DNA of 60,947 bases, the filler included. It is 5 parts of 5 records of this genome, joined end to end, with 100 filler letters (N's around TTAATTAATTAA, not from the genome) between each part and the next. Parts side by side here need not be neighbours in the genome. Positions count along the whole stretch, not along the records: positions 15,036 to 31,315 come from SRR2962707_633; positions 31,416 to 41,470 come from SRR2962707_634; 3 more parts are not named here. One strand, given 5' to 3'. A program made the translations under genes and the position numbers. Shown here piece by piece: positions 29,068 through 39,409 of the stretch (its first letter is position 1; every line of letters starts with the position of its first letter). The notes below the pieces were generated by a model, which searched no databases, had not been told where the DNA came from, and worked only from the letters and a program-made list of their open reading frames with translations.

Positions 29068-30672
29068 ATGTTATCGGATCCGAATAAGTTCGATACAGAC
29101 TACGAAATAGGACAGGACAACCTTCAAAAGTACGGGATGGATATTCACCACCCTGTATTCTGGATCTCCGCCATTCTCGTATTAGCATTTGTTATCGGCA
29201 CGCTGATTGCACCGGAACAGGCTAAAGGCATGTTCGACGGTGCCAAGGGCTGGTCTATCAATAACTTTGACTGGCTGTTCATGGTCGGTGGAAACATCTT
29301 TGTTATTTTCTGCCTGGCACTGATTGTTCTGCCGGTCGGCAAAATCCGTCTCGGCGGCACAGAAGCCAAGCCTGAATTTTCAACCATTTCATGGTTCTGC
29401 ATGCTTTTTGCTGCGGGCATGGGCATCGGTCTCATGTTCTGGAGTGTTGCCGAGCCCGTCGCATATTATACCGACTGGTGGGGAACACCGCTGAATGCGG
29501 AACCAAAAACCGAGGCAGGCGCCCGCGCCGCCATGGGCGCCACCATGTTCCACTGGGGCCTGCACCCATGGGCAATTTATGCAGTCGTCGCCCTGTCGCT
29601 GGCCTTCTTCACGTATAACAAAGGCCTCCCCCTGACGATCCGATCAGCATTTTATCCGCTGATTGGTGATCATTCCTGGGGCTGGTTCGGTCATATCATC
29701 GATACGGTCGCCGTTCTTGCCACGCTGTTTGGTCTCGCAACGTCGCTCGGTTTCGGGGCGCAGCAAGCCGCAAGCGGTCTGCACTTCCTGTTCGATGTGC
29801 CGAATACCATTGCCACGCAGATCGCGATTATCATCGGTGTTACGGCTGTCGCCTTGATATCGGTAATACGCGGCCTCGAAGGTGGGGTGAAGCTGTTGAG
29901 TAATATCAACATGGGCATCGCCGTGCTTTTGCTGGGCTTTGTCTTCATCTTCGGCCCAACGGCTTCAATCATCAGCTCCATCTTCTCGACAGCAGGCGCC
30001 TATGCCGAGAACATCTTTGCCATGTCCAACTGGATCGGCCGTGAAGATGACAAATTCTTCCATGGCTGGACCGTGTTCTACTGGGCATGGTGGATCTCCT
30101 GGTCCCCGTTTGTCGGCATGTTTATCGCCCGTGTCTCACTTGGCCGTACCGTACGTGAATTCGTGATCGCGGTGCTGCTGGTGCCGACGCTGGTGACGCT
30201 TATCTGGATGGCAACTTTCGGTGGCACCGGCCTTGAACAGGCCATCAATGGTGTCGGAGAACTGTCCAACGGCATCGGCGACGTATCGCTGGCCCTGTTC
30301 CAGATGCTGCAACATCTGCCGATGACGGCATTGACGTCGTTCATTGCCATTATACTGGTGCTGGTCTTCTTCATCACCTCATCCGACTCGGGCTCGCTGG
30401 TTATCGACAGCATTACCTCGGGCGGCAAGGTTGATGCACCTGTACCCCAGCGCATTTTCTGGGCGGTCATCGAAGGCGTGATTGCTGCCGCACTGCTGTT
30501 CGGCGGCGGGGCAGATGCCCTTGGTGCGCTTCAGGCAGCCGCCATTACGGTGGGCCTGCCGTTCACGGTTGTCCTGATGGCTATGTGCGTATGCCTCTAT
30601 ATGGGGCTTGAGCACGAGCGCCGGTTCCCGACAGCGACACCTGCTGTCGAACCCGGCCAGGAAGGTGCCTGA
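29068..30672 (+). CDS. BCCT family (betaine/choline/carnitine) transporter
   Basis: MLFAAGMGIGLMFW..AEP, FHWGLHPWAIY, WTVFYWAWWISWSPFVGMFIAR and TSSDSG. Confidence 0.95.
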   Translation: MLSDPNKFDTDYEIGQDNLQKYGMDIHHPVFWISAILVLAFVIGTLIAPEQAKGMFDGAKGWSINNFDWLFMVGGNIFVIFCLALIVLPVGKIRLGGTEAKPEFSTISWFCMLFAAGMGIGLMFWSVAEPVAYYTDWWGTPLNAEPKTEAGARAAMGATMFHWGLHPWAIYAVVALSLAFFTYNKGLPLTIRSAFYPLIGDHSWGWFGHIIDTVAVLATLFGLATSLGFGAQQAASGLHFLFDVPNTIATQIAIIIGVTAVALISVIRGLEGGVKLLSNINMGIAVLLLGFVFIFGPTASIISSIFSTAGAYAENIFAMSNWIGREDDKFFHGWTVFYWAWWISWSPFVGMFIARVSLGRTVREFVIAVLLVPTLVTLIWMATFGGTGLEQAINGVGELSNGIGDVSLALFQMLQHLPMTALTSFIAIILVLVFFITSSDSGSLVIDSITSGGKVDAPVPQRIFWAVIEGVIAAALLFGGGADALGALQAAAITVGLPFTVVLMAMCVCLYMGLEHERRFPTATPAVEPGQEGA

Positions 30673-30707
30673 AAAGACACCTAATAGACACCAACTTTGA
30701 CAGACTG

Positions 30708-30738
30708 AGAAGCCGGGGCTCTGCCCCGGCTTCTTTTC
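30708..30738 (+). terminator. Intrinsic terminator after the BCCT gene
   Basis: AGAAGCCGGGG-loop-CCCCGGCTTCT followed by T-run. Confidence 0.85.
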
Positions 30739-30913
30739 TGTTTACGACAGCCCTAAACCCCTTGAAACAAGGGCAAAATCGACACTCCCCCGCCTCACAT
30801 GTCGCATCAATTCTAATTGTTGTCTGCAAATGGACAGCCACACGTTATGCTAAGGTCATATTGAGTGGAATTGCGGCCCAATTGATGGGCTGAGCTTGGC
30901 TGGGAGAATACTT

Positions 30914-31315
30914 GTGGCCGACCAGGACGATGACATTGTTCTTTCCGAACTGAGTGACGAAGAGCTCGTGCAGCAGATGCACGACGACCTTTATGACGGG
31001 CTTGCCGACGAAATCGTCGAAGGCACTGAAATCCTGCTGGAACGCGGATGGACCCCATACGACACGTTGACCAAAGCGCTTGTCGAAGGCATGCGGATCG
31101 TCGGTATCGACTTCCGTGACGGGATCCTGTTCGTCCCCGAGGTGCTGATGGCCGCCAACGCCATGAAATCCGGCATGGGCGTTCTACGTCCGCTGCTGGT
31201 TGAGACCGGCGCCCCGAAAATGGGCAAGATGGTCATTGGCACGGTCAAGGGCGATATCCATGATATCGGCAAGAACCTTGTCGGCATGATGATGGAAGGT
31301 GCCGGCTTCGAGGTC
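30914..31315 (+). CDS. Stand-alone corrinoid (B12-binding) methyltransferase protein, N-terminal part
   Basis: GILFVPEVL.AA.AM cap domain and GTVKGDIHDIGKNLV (DxHxxG); truncated at linker. Confidence 0.9.
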
Positions 31316-31415
31316 NNNNNNNNNNNNNNNNNNNNNNNNNNNNNNNNNNNNNNNNNNNNTTAATTAATTAANNNNNNNNNNNNNNNNNNNNNNNNNNNNN
31401 NNNNNNNNNNNNNNN
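31316..31415. other. Artificial contig linker
   Basis: N-run + TTAATTAATTAA + N-run. Confidence 0.98.
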
Positions 31416-31472
31416 GGCTCTTAAATATCCTCGCCGAAGGCATCCGCCCTTGATCACAGGAACCTACATCCG

Positions 31473-32639
31473 ATGTTGACGCGTACTGCTTCCACCTTTG
31501 CCCCACCTGTCATGGAAGCCCGCCGCTGGTTGGACGGTGTTGATTTTCCGGCAGACCGCCCCCTAATCAACGTCAGTCAGGCGGCCCCCGTTGATCCGCC
31601 CCCGCAGCCCCTGCGCGAGGCGATGGCGCAGGTCGCGTTGACCAATGACGATGCCCATCTTTATGGCCCGGTGCTGGGTTTATCAGAGTTGCGAGCCGAA
31701 TTGGCATTGCAGACGTCGGCGCATTATGCGGGCCAGATTGACCCCGCGCAGGTTGCAATCACATCCGGGTGCAATCAGGCATTCGCCGCAGCTATCGCGA
31801 CATTGTGCAGTGAAGACGACGAGGTCATTCTGCCGACCCCATGGTATTTCAACCACAAAATGTGGCTGGATATGTCTGGGGTAAACACGGTTGCGCTAAA
31901 AACCGGGCCTGATCTACTGCCCGATCCCGAAGCCGCTGCTGCATTGATCACCGATCGCACCCGGGCGATTGCGATTGTCACGCCGAATAATCCTGGCGGT
32001 GCCGAATACCCTGCCGCGCTGGTTCAGGCGTTCTTTGATCTGGCCCGTGCCCATGGCATTGCCCTGATCGTGGATGAGACCTACCGCGATTTCGACAGCC
32101 GTTCTGGCCCACCGCATGCCTTGTTTCAAGACCCCGATTGGCATGACACGCTGATCCACCTTTATTCCTTTTCCAAAGCTTACCGCCTGACCGGCCACCG
32201 CGTGGGTGCGCTGATTGCATCCCGGTCACGGCTGGGCGAGGTTGAAAAATTCTTGGACACGGTCGCCATTTGCCCCGGGCAAATCGGCCAGCATGCAGCC
32301 TTGTGGGGGATGCAAAACCTGTCGCAATGGCTCGCAGGCGAGCGCGACGAAATTCTGGCACGGCGCAAGGCGATCACCGACAATATGCCCAAACTTGCAG
32401 CCAAAGGGTGGCGGCTTTTGGGTCTTGGCGGGTATTTCGCCTATCTCGAGCATCCGTTTGGGGAACCATCTGATCAGCTCGCGCAGCGCATGGTGCGTGA
32501 TGTCAGCATTCTATGCCTGCCCGGAACGATGTTTTGCCCCCAAGACGACCCCAGCGGGGCGCGTCAGCTACGGATCGCGTTTGCCAATTTGGATGCGGAC
32601 GGTATTGCCGTGCTCTTTGACAGAATGGCGCAGCTTTAA
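31473..32639 (+). CDS. Class I/II PLP aminotransferase
   Basis: TPNNPGG, VDETY, SFSKAYRLTGHRVG and LRIAF motifs. Confidence 0.92.
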   Translation: MLTRTASTFAPPVMEARRWLDGVDFPADRPLINVSQAAPVDPPPQPLREAMAQVALTNDDAHLYGPVLGLSELRAELALQTSAHYAGQIDPAQVAITSGCNQAFAAAIATLCSEDDEVILPTPWYFNHKMWLDMSGVNTVALKTGPDLLPDPEAAAALITDRTRAIAIVTPNNPGGAEYPAALVQAFFDLARAHGIALIVDETYRDFDSRSGPPHALFQDPDWHDTLIHLYSFSKAYRLTGHRVGALIASRSRLGEVEKFLDTVAICPGQIGQHAALWGMQNLSQWLAGERDEILARRKAITDNMPKLAAKGWRLLGLGGYFAYLEHPFGEPSDQLAQRMVRDVSILCLPGTMFCPQDDPSGARQLRIAFANLDADGIAVLFDRMAQL

Positions 32640-32704
32640 CGGCCCTCTTGCCCCCCTGCCGCGCACCGCATAGATAGGTTCAAACGCGCTAAAAGGGTAA
32701 GATC

Positions 32705-34549
32705 ATGAAAGCCAAAGGCAATAGCCTCACGAAAACCGCAGTCTGGATGCTGATGGGCCTGCTGATCCTTGGCCTTGGCGGCTTTGGCGCGGTCAATCTG
32801 TCCGGTAACGTGCGCACCGTCGGCACCGTGGGCGACAAGGAAATCTCGGTCGATAACTATGCCCGGGAACTGCAGCAGCAGATCCGCACGATTGAATCCC
32901 AAACCGGTGAAACCATGCCCTTTCAACAGGCGCAGGCCATTGGTCTGGACCGCGCGGTTTTGCAGCGTCTTGTCCGTCTGCGCGCCCTTGATAACGAGGC
33001 CGACCAGATGGGTCTGTCCATAGGCGATGAAAACCTGCGCGAGCGGATCGTCGAAATCCCAGCGTTCCAAGGGATCAACGGTGGCTTTGACCGCGAGGGA
33101 TATCGTTTTGCCTTGCAGCAATCCGGCCTGACCGAAGCCGAATTCGAGGTGTCCCTACGCGAAGAAGCGGGCCGTACCTTGTTACAAAACGCGATCACAG
33201 GTGGCGTGGCCATGCCCGATGCCTATGCCAAAACCCTTGTCGATTATGTCGGCGCGAAACGCAGCTTTACCTGGGCCGCGCTGAACGAGGTTGATCTGTC
33301 CGAGCCCGTGCCCGCCCCGACTGACGCGCAATTGCAGACCTATTATGACGAAAACACCGATCAGTTTATGCTGCCAGCCAGCAAATCCATCACCTATGTT
33401 TTGATGACACCGGGTGATCTGCTGGACGAGGTCGAAGTGTCGGATGCAGATCTGCAAAAGGCGTATGAGGACCGTTCCGCCGAATATATCCAACCTGAAC
33501 GGCGTTTGGTCGAACGGCTGGTGTTTGGCGATCAGGCCAGCGCCGACCAAGCCGCAGCCGCACTTGAGGTCAACGGGACAACCTTTGAGGCCCTCGTTCT
33601 GGACCGTGGGCTGACCCTTGAGGATGTCGATATGGGGGATGTGGCCGCGCAGGATTTGGGTGCCGCTGGTGATGCGGTATTTACAGGCGACGTGAATGAC
33701 GTCGTTGGGCCAGTGCCCACCAACCTTGGGCCGGCGTTGTTCCGGATCAACGGTGTTTTGCCGTCGTTGAACACCACATTCGAGGAAGCACGCCCTGCCC
33801 TGCAACAAGACCTTGCCGGGGATCGCGCAATCCGCCAGATCGAAGTCCGCGCCCGCGATCTGGACGATCAGCTTGCAGGCGGTGCCACGCTTGAACAGCT
33901 GGCCGAAGAAAGCAAAATGACCCTTGGCCACATCGACTGGACCCAGAACAGCGACGAGGACATCGCCGCCTATGCCGGTTTCCGCGAGGCTGCCGCAGCC
34001 CTGACCGCCGATGATTTCCCCAAGATCGATCAGCTTGAGGACGGCAGCGTCTTTGCCATGCGTCTGGACGGCACCTTGGACGAACGTGCCAATCCGTTTG
34101 ACGATGCACGTGCAGATGTTGTTGCCGCATGGACCGCTGATCAGGTTTCGCTGGCGCTGCATGCGCAGGCCGAGGCGCTGAAGCCCGAACTTGAGAATGG
34201 TGCGGATTTCGAAAGTCTCGCGCTGACGCCGACAGTGCAGACCGACCTGACCCGCGACGCGCTGATCAATGGTGCGCCTGCCGATATGATGACCGCCGTT
34301 TTTGATGCCGCCATCGGCGATATTCTCGTGATCGACGGCGACAATTCGGTGGTGATCCTGCGTGTCGACGCGATTGCAGACCCTCAGGAAAGCACACAAA
34401 ACCAGCAGCTTCTAACGCAGCTATCCGCCCAACTGGATCAACAGCTCGGCCAAGACGTGTTTACGATTTACGCAAGCGATGTCGTGCGCCGTGCAGGTCC
34501 GATGGTCGATCAACAGGCGATCAACGCCGTCCATGTGAACTTCCCATAA
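32705..34549 (+). CDS. ppiD: Periplasmic chaperone PpiD (SurA N-terminal + parvulin-like)
   Basis: N-terminal TM anchor, FQGINGGFD, YY....F..P and PERR motifs; conserved position before trpE. Confidence 0.82.
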   Translation: MKAKGNSLTKTAVWMLMGLLILGLGGFGAVNLSGNVRTVGTVGDKEISVDNYARELQQQIRTIESQTGETMPFQQAQAIGLDRAVLQRLVRLRALDNEADQMGLSIGDENLRERIVEIPAFQGINGGFDREGYRFALQQSGLTEAEFEVSLREEAGRTLLQNAITGGVAMPDAYAKTLVDYVGAKRSFTWAALNEVDLSEPVPAPTDAQLQTYYDENTDQFMLPASKSITYVLMTPGDLLDEVEVSDADLQKAYEDRSAEYIQPERRLVERLVFGDQASADQAAAALEVNGTTFEALVLDRGLTLEDVDMGDVAAQDLGAAGDAVFTGDVNDVVGPVPTNLGPALFRINGVLPSLNTTFEEARPALQQDLAGDRAIRQIEVRARDLDDQLAGGATLEQLAEESKMTLGHIDWTQNSDEDIAAYAGFREAAAALTADDFPKIDQLEDGSVFAMRLDGTLDERANPFDDARADVVAAWTADQVSLALHAQAEALKPELENGADFESLALTPTVQTDLTRDALINGAPADMMTAVFDAAIGDILVIDGDNSVVILRVDAIADPQESTQNQQLLTQLSAQLDQQLGQDVFTIYASDVVRRAGPMVDQQAINAVHVNFP

Positions 34550-34561
34550 CGAAGGCCGACC

Positions 34562-36073
34562 ATGTCACTGACCCCTGACTATGACAGCTTTGCCGCAGGA
34601 TATGCGGAAGGCAAAAACCAGATCGTTTATACCCGTTTGGCCGCTGACCTGGATACGCCGGTATCTTTGATGCTCAAGCTGACCGGGGCTGCGGAAAACG
34701 CCTTTGTCCTTGAATCCGTCACGGGCGGCGAGGTGCGCGGGCGCTATTCCATCATCGGGATGAAGCCTGATTTGATCTGGCGCTGCAATGGCACGACATC
34801 GGCCGTGAACCGCGCCGCGCGCTATGACGGCGACGCATTCGAGGACGTGCCCGGCAACCCGCTGGATACCCTGCGCGGGCTGATCGCGGAATCGAAAATC
34901 GACCTGCCCGCAGACCTGCCCCAAGCCGCCGCTGGCCTGTTTGGCTATCTCGGTTATGATATGATCCGGCTGGTCGAACATCTGCCGAATGTGAACCCCG
35001 ACACGCTGGGCCTGCCCGATGCGATGATGGTGCGTCCGTCGGTGATTGCCGTGCTGGACGGCGTCAAAGGCGAGGTCACAATCGTGTCGCCCGCATGGGT
35101 GTCAGACGGCCAATCCGCCAAGGCCGCCTATGCGCAAGCGGGCGAACGTGTGATGGATGCTGTGCGCGATCTGGAACGGTCCATGCCCGGCACCAGCCGT
35201 GATCTGGGCGAGGCCCACGAGGAATCTGCACCGGTCAGCAATTTCACCCGCGAGGGGTATAAATCCGCGATCGAAAAGGCCCGCGACTATATCGTTGCGG
35301 GCGACATCTTTCAGGTGGTGCCGTCGCAACGCTGGGCGCAGGGGTTCTCGCAACCGCCGTTCGCCTTGTACCGTAGCCTGCGCCGTACCAACCCGTCGCC
35401 GTTCATGTTCTATTTCAACTTTGGCGACTTCCATGTTGTGGGGGCCAGCCCTGAAATCCTTGTCCGGGTCTTTGGCAAGGAAATCACCATTCGCCCGGTT
35501 GCAGGCACCCGCCGTCGCGGTGCCACCCCCGAGGAAGACCGTGCCCTTGAGGCCGATTTGTTGGCCGACGAAAAAGAGCTGGCCGAACATCTCATGCTGC
35601 TGGATCTGGGCCGCAACGATGTGGGCCGTGTCGCCAGGATCGGCACCGTGCGCCCGACCGAGGAATTCATCGTCGAACGCTATAGCCACGTGATGCATAT
35701 CGTATCCAATGTGGTGGGTGAATTGCGCGATGACCGCGATGCGCTGGATGCGTTCTTTGCGGGTATGCCTGCGGGCACCGTGTCAGGTGCCCCCAAGGTC
35801 CGCGCGATGGAAATCATCGACGAGCTGGAGCCGGAAAAACGCGGGCTTTACGGCGGCGGTGTCGGCTATTTCAGTGCGGGCGGCGACATGGACATGTGCA
35901 TCGCCCTGCGTACCGCCGTGATCAAGGATAAAACCCTATATATTCAGGCCGGCGGCGGTGTTGTCTATGACAGCGACGCCGAGGCGGAGTATATGGAAAC
36001 CGTGCATAAATCCGACGCAATCCGCCGTGCGGCTGCCGACGCGGCGCGGTTCTCGGGACGGGGCAACAGCTAA
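34562..36073 (+). CDS. trpE: Anthranilate synthase component I
   Basis: GDIFQVVPSQR, NPSPFM, SPEIL, KELAEHLMLLDLGRND, PAGTVSGAPK and IALRT. Confidence 0.97.
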   Translation: MSLTPDYDSFAAGYAEGKNQIVYTRLAADLDTPVSLMLKLTGAAENAFVLESVTGGEVRGRYSIIGMKPDLIWRCNGTTSAVNRAARYDGDAFEDVPGNPLDTLRGLIAESKIDLPADLPQAAAGLFGYLGYDMIRLVEHLPNVNPDTLGLPDAMMVRPSVIAVLDGVKGEVTIVSPAWVSDGQSAKAAYAQAGERVMDAVRDLERSMPGTSRDLGEAHEESAPVSNFTREGYKSAIEKARDYIVAGDIFQVVPSQRWAQGFSQPPFALYRSLRRTNPSPFMFYFNFGDFHVVGASPEILVRVFGKEITIRPVAGTRRRGATPEEDRALEADLLADEKELAEHLMLLDLGRNDVGRVARIGTVRPTEEFIVERYSHVMHIVSNVVGELRDDRDALDAFFAGMPAGTVSGAPKVRAMEIIDELEPEKRGLYGGGVGYFSAGGDMDMCIALRTAVIKDKTLYIQAGGGVVYDSDAEAEYMETVHKSDAIRRAAADAARFSGRGNS

Positions 36074-36075
36074 CA

Positions 36076-37116
36076 ATGCCCAACCGCGAGCCTTTTGAAA
36101 TCGCAGGTCAAAAGGTTGCCGCCGGCACCCGTGCCCAAGTTGATCTCCCCATCTCAATCCTGCCCGATCACACGCCGGTTGGTCTGTCGCTTGAAGTCAT
36201 CCATGGCAAACGGCCCGGCCCCACCATGTTTGTCAGTGCAGCCGTGCATGGGGATGAATTGATCGGGGTCGAAATCGTGCGCCGGCTGCTGCGGACGCCC
36301 CAGCTCAAGTCCTTGCGGGGGACGTTGTTGGTGATCCCCGTGGTCAATTCGTTCGGGTTTCTAAACCGTTCGCGTTATCTGCCGGACCGCCGCGATTTGA
36401 ACCGCTGCTTTCCGGGCCACCCGTCCGGGTCGCTGGGGTCGCGGCTGGCGCATATTTTCCTTAACGAGGTGGTGCTGCGTTGTGATTTCGGGATCGACCT
36501 GCATTCCGCCGCGATCCACCGCACCAACCTGCCACAGGTACGCATTTCCCCGTCTGATCCGGTAACGCGGCGCATGGCGATCAACTTTGCGGCCCCTGTG
36601 GTGCTGACATCGCCCTTGCGTGACGGATCGTTGCGCGCCGTTGCGTCGGCCATGGGCACGCCCGTGCTGCTATACGAGGCGGGCGAAGGGTTGCGGTTTG
36701 ACGAAATGGCCGTGCGTGCCGGTGTCGCCGGTATTTTGCGTGTGATGCGCGCCGAAGACATGTTGCCCGCCAAGGGCATCGCCCCGTCGCGCCGTCAATC
36801 GCATGTCTGTTCCAGTTCCACATGGCTGCGCGCGCCTGTGGGCGGGCTGCTGCGCACCTTTCGTGCCGAGGGCGAAACCGTCAAGGCAGGCGATGCGCTG
36901 GCCACGGTATCCGACCCGTTCGGCAAGACCGAGGAAGACATCCTAGCGCCCTTTGACGGCATCCTGATCGGCCGCGCGATCCTGCCCGTGGTCAACGAGG
37001 GTGACGCGGTTTTTCATCTTGCCAAGCTGATGCCCCGCGCCGTCGTCGACACGGTCGAGGATATGATCACCCAATTGGAAAGCGACCCGCTGTTCGACGA
37101 AGACGAAATTATCTAG
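36076..37116 (+). CDS. Succinylglutamate desuccinylase/aspartoacylase family protein
   Basis: AAVHGDE, DLNRCFPG, IDLHS and YEAGE zinc-carboxypeptidase-like motifs. Confidence 0.88.
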   Translation: MPNREPFEIAGQKVAAGTRAQVDLPISILPDHTPVGLSLEVIHGKRPGPTMFVSAAVHGDELIGVEIVRRLLRTPQLKSLRGTLLVIPVVNSFGFLNRSRYLPDRRDLNRCFPGHPSGSLGSRLAHIFLNEVVLRCDFGIDLHSAAIHRTNLPQVRISPSDPVTRRMAINFAAPVVLTSPLRDGSLRAVASAMGTPVLLYEAGEGLRFDEMAVRAGVAGILRVMRAEDMLPAKGIAPSRRQSHVCSSSTWLRAPVGGLLRTFRAEGETVKAGDALATVSDPFGKTEEDILAPFDGILIGRAILPVVNEGDAVFHLAKLMPRAVVDTVEDMITQLESDPLFDEDEII

Positions 37117-37118
37117 CG

Positions 37119-38666
37119 TTATTCGCCGCTTGCGGCCAGCAATACCGCCGAAATCGGGGCCAAAGCGACTTGGTTCGCACGGTCTTGCAAGCCCCAAACC
37201 AACAATGCCGAGATTGTCTCGGGCCGCATCCGGCCCAGCATGATCACCGATCCTTCGATCCCGGCCTTGAACGCGGCCTGGTCCAAAAAGCGGCGGATCA
37301 CGGTTGGTGTCTGATCTTTGCTGTCAAAGTCACGAAAAATCGGGGATGCGGGTACGCCCTCTTTGACCGCCAGCTTTGGCATGGTGTTCAACCCTTTGTC
37401 CTGGCTGACCAACCCGTACCCGCCTTGGGCCAAAATCTCGGTGACCTGATCTGCGACATCGCGGTTGGGCTGCAAGCCTGCGCCCACCCCTTCCAAGATA
37501 CCGACCACCTGCGGCATCCGCTGGAACGCAACGGCCAAGGTCGTCTCGGCGTCTGACGGCTCGGCACCCTCGGGCAGGTCAACCAACGCCAAGACCTCGA
37601 ACCCTTCGGCGCGGTAAATCTCCATCCGTTCGGCGGCGTCTGGCAGGGAAACATCAACGGCAAAACTGATCGGATATGGAAAGCTGCGCAAAGCCGCGAT
37701 GCCAACTTCGCCGCCCTCAAGATCGCTACCCTGATCAATCAACAATATGCTCATCAACGGTTTTTGGTCTTCGTTTACAAATGCTTGGGCATACATCTCA
37801 ACCGGGCGGACTGTTGGCTGGGGGCCTGCATCCGCCTGCGGTTGATCCCCCGAATTTGCAGTCGGCAACCGGTTCACGGTGACGTCCGCCCCGGTTTCCG
37901 GCATGCCCGCATCCGGCGTTCCCGTAATCGGCGGCACCGAGGGTAATGCGCTATAGGCCGGGCGCGTCTCGGGGTCCGCTACGGGGGCATCCTCGGCCTC
38001 GACAACAATCGTTTTAATCTCGGGCAGTGGAATGGGGGCGATGGTTGGTTCCGCCTCGGGGGTTACTTCGGCGTTGACAGTCGCATCAGGCATCACCGGG
38101 GTTTCAGCGACGGTTTCTTCGATCTCGGCTTCTTCCGTAGCAGGTTCCTCGATCGTAGCGACTTCCGCCTCAACTTCCGCCGCCTCAACTTCCGCTGTCT
38201 CCACTTCCGTTGGCACCACGGTAATAGAATCAGCGGTTTGGGTTTCGACATCCACAGCATCAGGGGCTTGCGGTTCCATCGGGGCCAAGGCCATCGGATT
38301 TGGCAAAACCGGATCATCGCTGGAAATCTCGGGCACTGTGCTCTCGGCAGCAGGTGCAGGTGCCTCGACCGCTTGAACCATTTCGGGCGGTGTCAGCGGG
38401 GCCGTCGCAATTTCGCTTGCCACATCGTCCAGACCGTCCGCCTCGGGTGGGGCCATCGTCGCGACAGGCTCTGCCACGGGCTGCGGATCATCCATTTCGG
38501 GCAGGACAGCGACAACGCCCGCGGGGTCGGCCGCGTCAATTTCGAGGGGACCCGCATCGGTAATTTCAGGCGCAGTGCTGATTGGTACGAAAAACGACAC
38601 GACACCAGCCAAGACAACGCTGAACGCGCCACCAATCAAGACACCCCCTAGAAATCCGCGTATCAT
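37119..38666 (-). CDS. Divergent polysaccharide deacetylase family protein with long Pro/Ala/Glu-rich linker
   Basis: N-terminal TM segment, low-complexity stalk, C-terminal KPLMSILLID...FLDQAAFKA..RPETISAL domain. Confidence 0.78.
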   Translation of the reverse strand: MIRGFLGGVLIGGAFSVVLAGVVSFFVPISTAPEITDAGPLEIDAADPAGVVAVLPEMDDPQPVAEPVATMAPPEADGLDDVASEIATAPLTPPEMVQAVEAPAPAAESTVPEISSDDPVLPNPMALAPMEPQAPDAVDVETQTADSITVVPTEVETAEVEAAEVEAEVATIEEPATEEAEIEETVAETPVMPDATVNAEVTPEAEPTIAPIPLPEIKTIVVEAEDAPVADPETRPAYSALPSVPPITGTPDAGMPETGADVTVNRLPTANSGDQPQADAGPQPTVRPVEMYAQAFVNEDQKPLMSILLIDQGSDLEGGEVGIAALRSFPYPISFAVDVSLPDAAERMEIYRAEGFEVLALVDLPEGAEPSDAETTLAVAFQRMPQVVGILEGVGAGLQPNRDVADQVTEILAQGGYGLVSQDKGLNTMPKLAVKEGVPASPIFRDFDSKDQTPTVIRRFLDQAAFKAGIEGSVIMLGRMRPETISALLVWGLQDRANQVALAPISAVLLAASGE

Positions 38667-38827
38667 GCCTGAAATACTCCTGCTATTTGTTCTTGCATTG
38701 GCCCTTGCACGGACCTGGCACCCTTGACGATGGCTCTTAAGCCTGAACATGTATTGGCGAACATTGTACTGTGGTTTCGCGGCATTCCTCTAGCCCTAAA
38801 CCCCGCCTGAATACAAAGAATTGCCTT

Positions 38828-39409
38828 ATGCTGCTACTCATAGATAACTACGACAGCTTCACCTACAATTTGGTCCATTATCTAGGCGATTTAGGGGCCG
38901 AGGTCGATATTCGGCGAAATGATGCCATTTCGGTTCAAGACGCAATGGCGCTGAACCCGGCGGGTATTATCCTGTCGCCCGGCCCTTGTGACCCCGATCA
39001 GGCCGGCATCTGTTTGTCGCTAACCAAAGCCGCCGCAGGCGCTGGCATCCCGTTGTTCGGGGTATGTTTGGGGCACCAGACGCTGGGCCAAGCGTTCGGT
39101 GGCAAGGTCGTGCGCGCCGATGACATTGTGCACGGCAAGATGGGGCAAATGCACCACACGGGCAAAGGCGTGTTTGCCGGCCTGCCCTCGCCCTTTGCGG
39201 CGACACGCTATCATTCGCTGGTGGTTGAACGCGCGACATTGCCCGATTGTCTGGAAATCACAGCCGAGCTTGAAGACGGGACAATCATGGGTCTGCAACA
39301 CCGCGAACTGCCCATGCACGGCGTCCAGTTTCACCCTGAATCCATCCGCTCGGAGCATGGTCATAAAATGCTTCAAAACTTTCTTGATCTCGTAAAGGTA
39401 CCCGCATGA
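38828..39409 (+). CDS. trpG: Anthranilate synthase component II
   Basis: [27 protein letters not shown] and QFHPES. Confidence 0.96.
   Translation: MLLLIDNYDSFTYNLVHYLGDLGAEVDIRRNDAISVQDAMALNPAGIILSPGPCDPDQAGICLSLTKAAAGAGIPLFGVCLGHQTLGQAFGGKVVRADDIVHGKMGQMHHTGKGVFAGLPSPFAATRYHSLVVERATLPDCLEITAELEDGTIMGLQHRELPMHGVQFHPESIRSEHGHKMLQNFLDLVKVPA

Noticed and set aside
28649-29188. 179-aa minus-strand ORF spanning the BCCT upstream region
   Set aside because: It overlaps two real genes on the opposite strand and has no protein-like features
33182-34399. 405-aa antisense ORF (also 16615-17376, 24355-25056, 39465-40238, 1437-2021 and similar)
   Set aside because: These are shadow frames opposite well-supported genes in GC-rich DNA and contain no recognisable motifs
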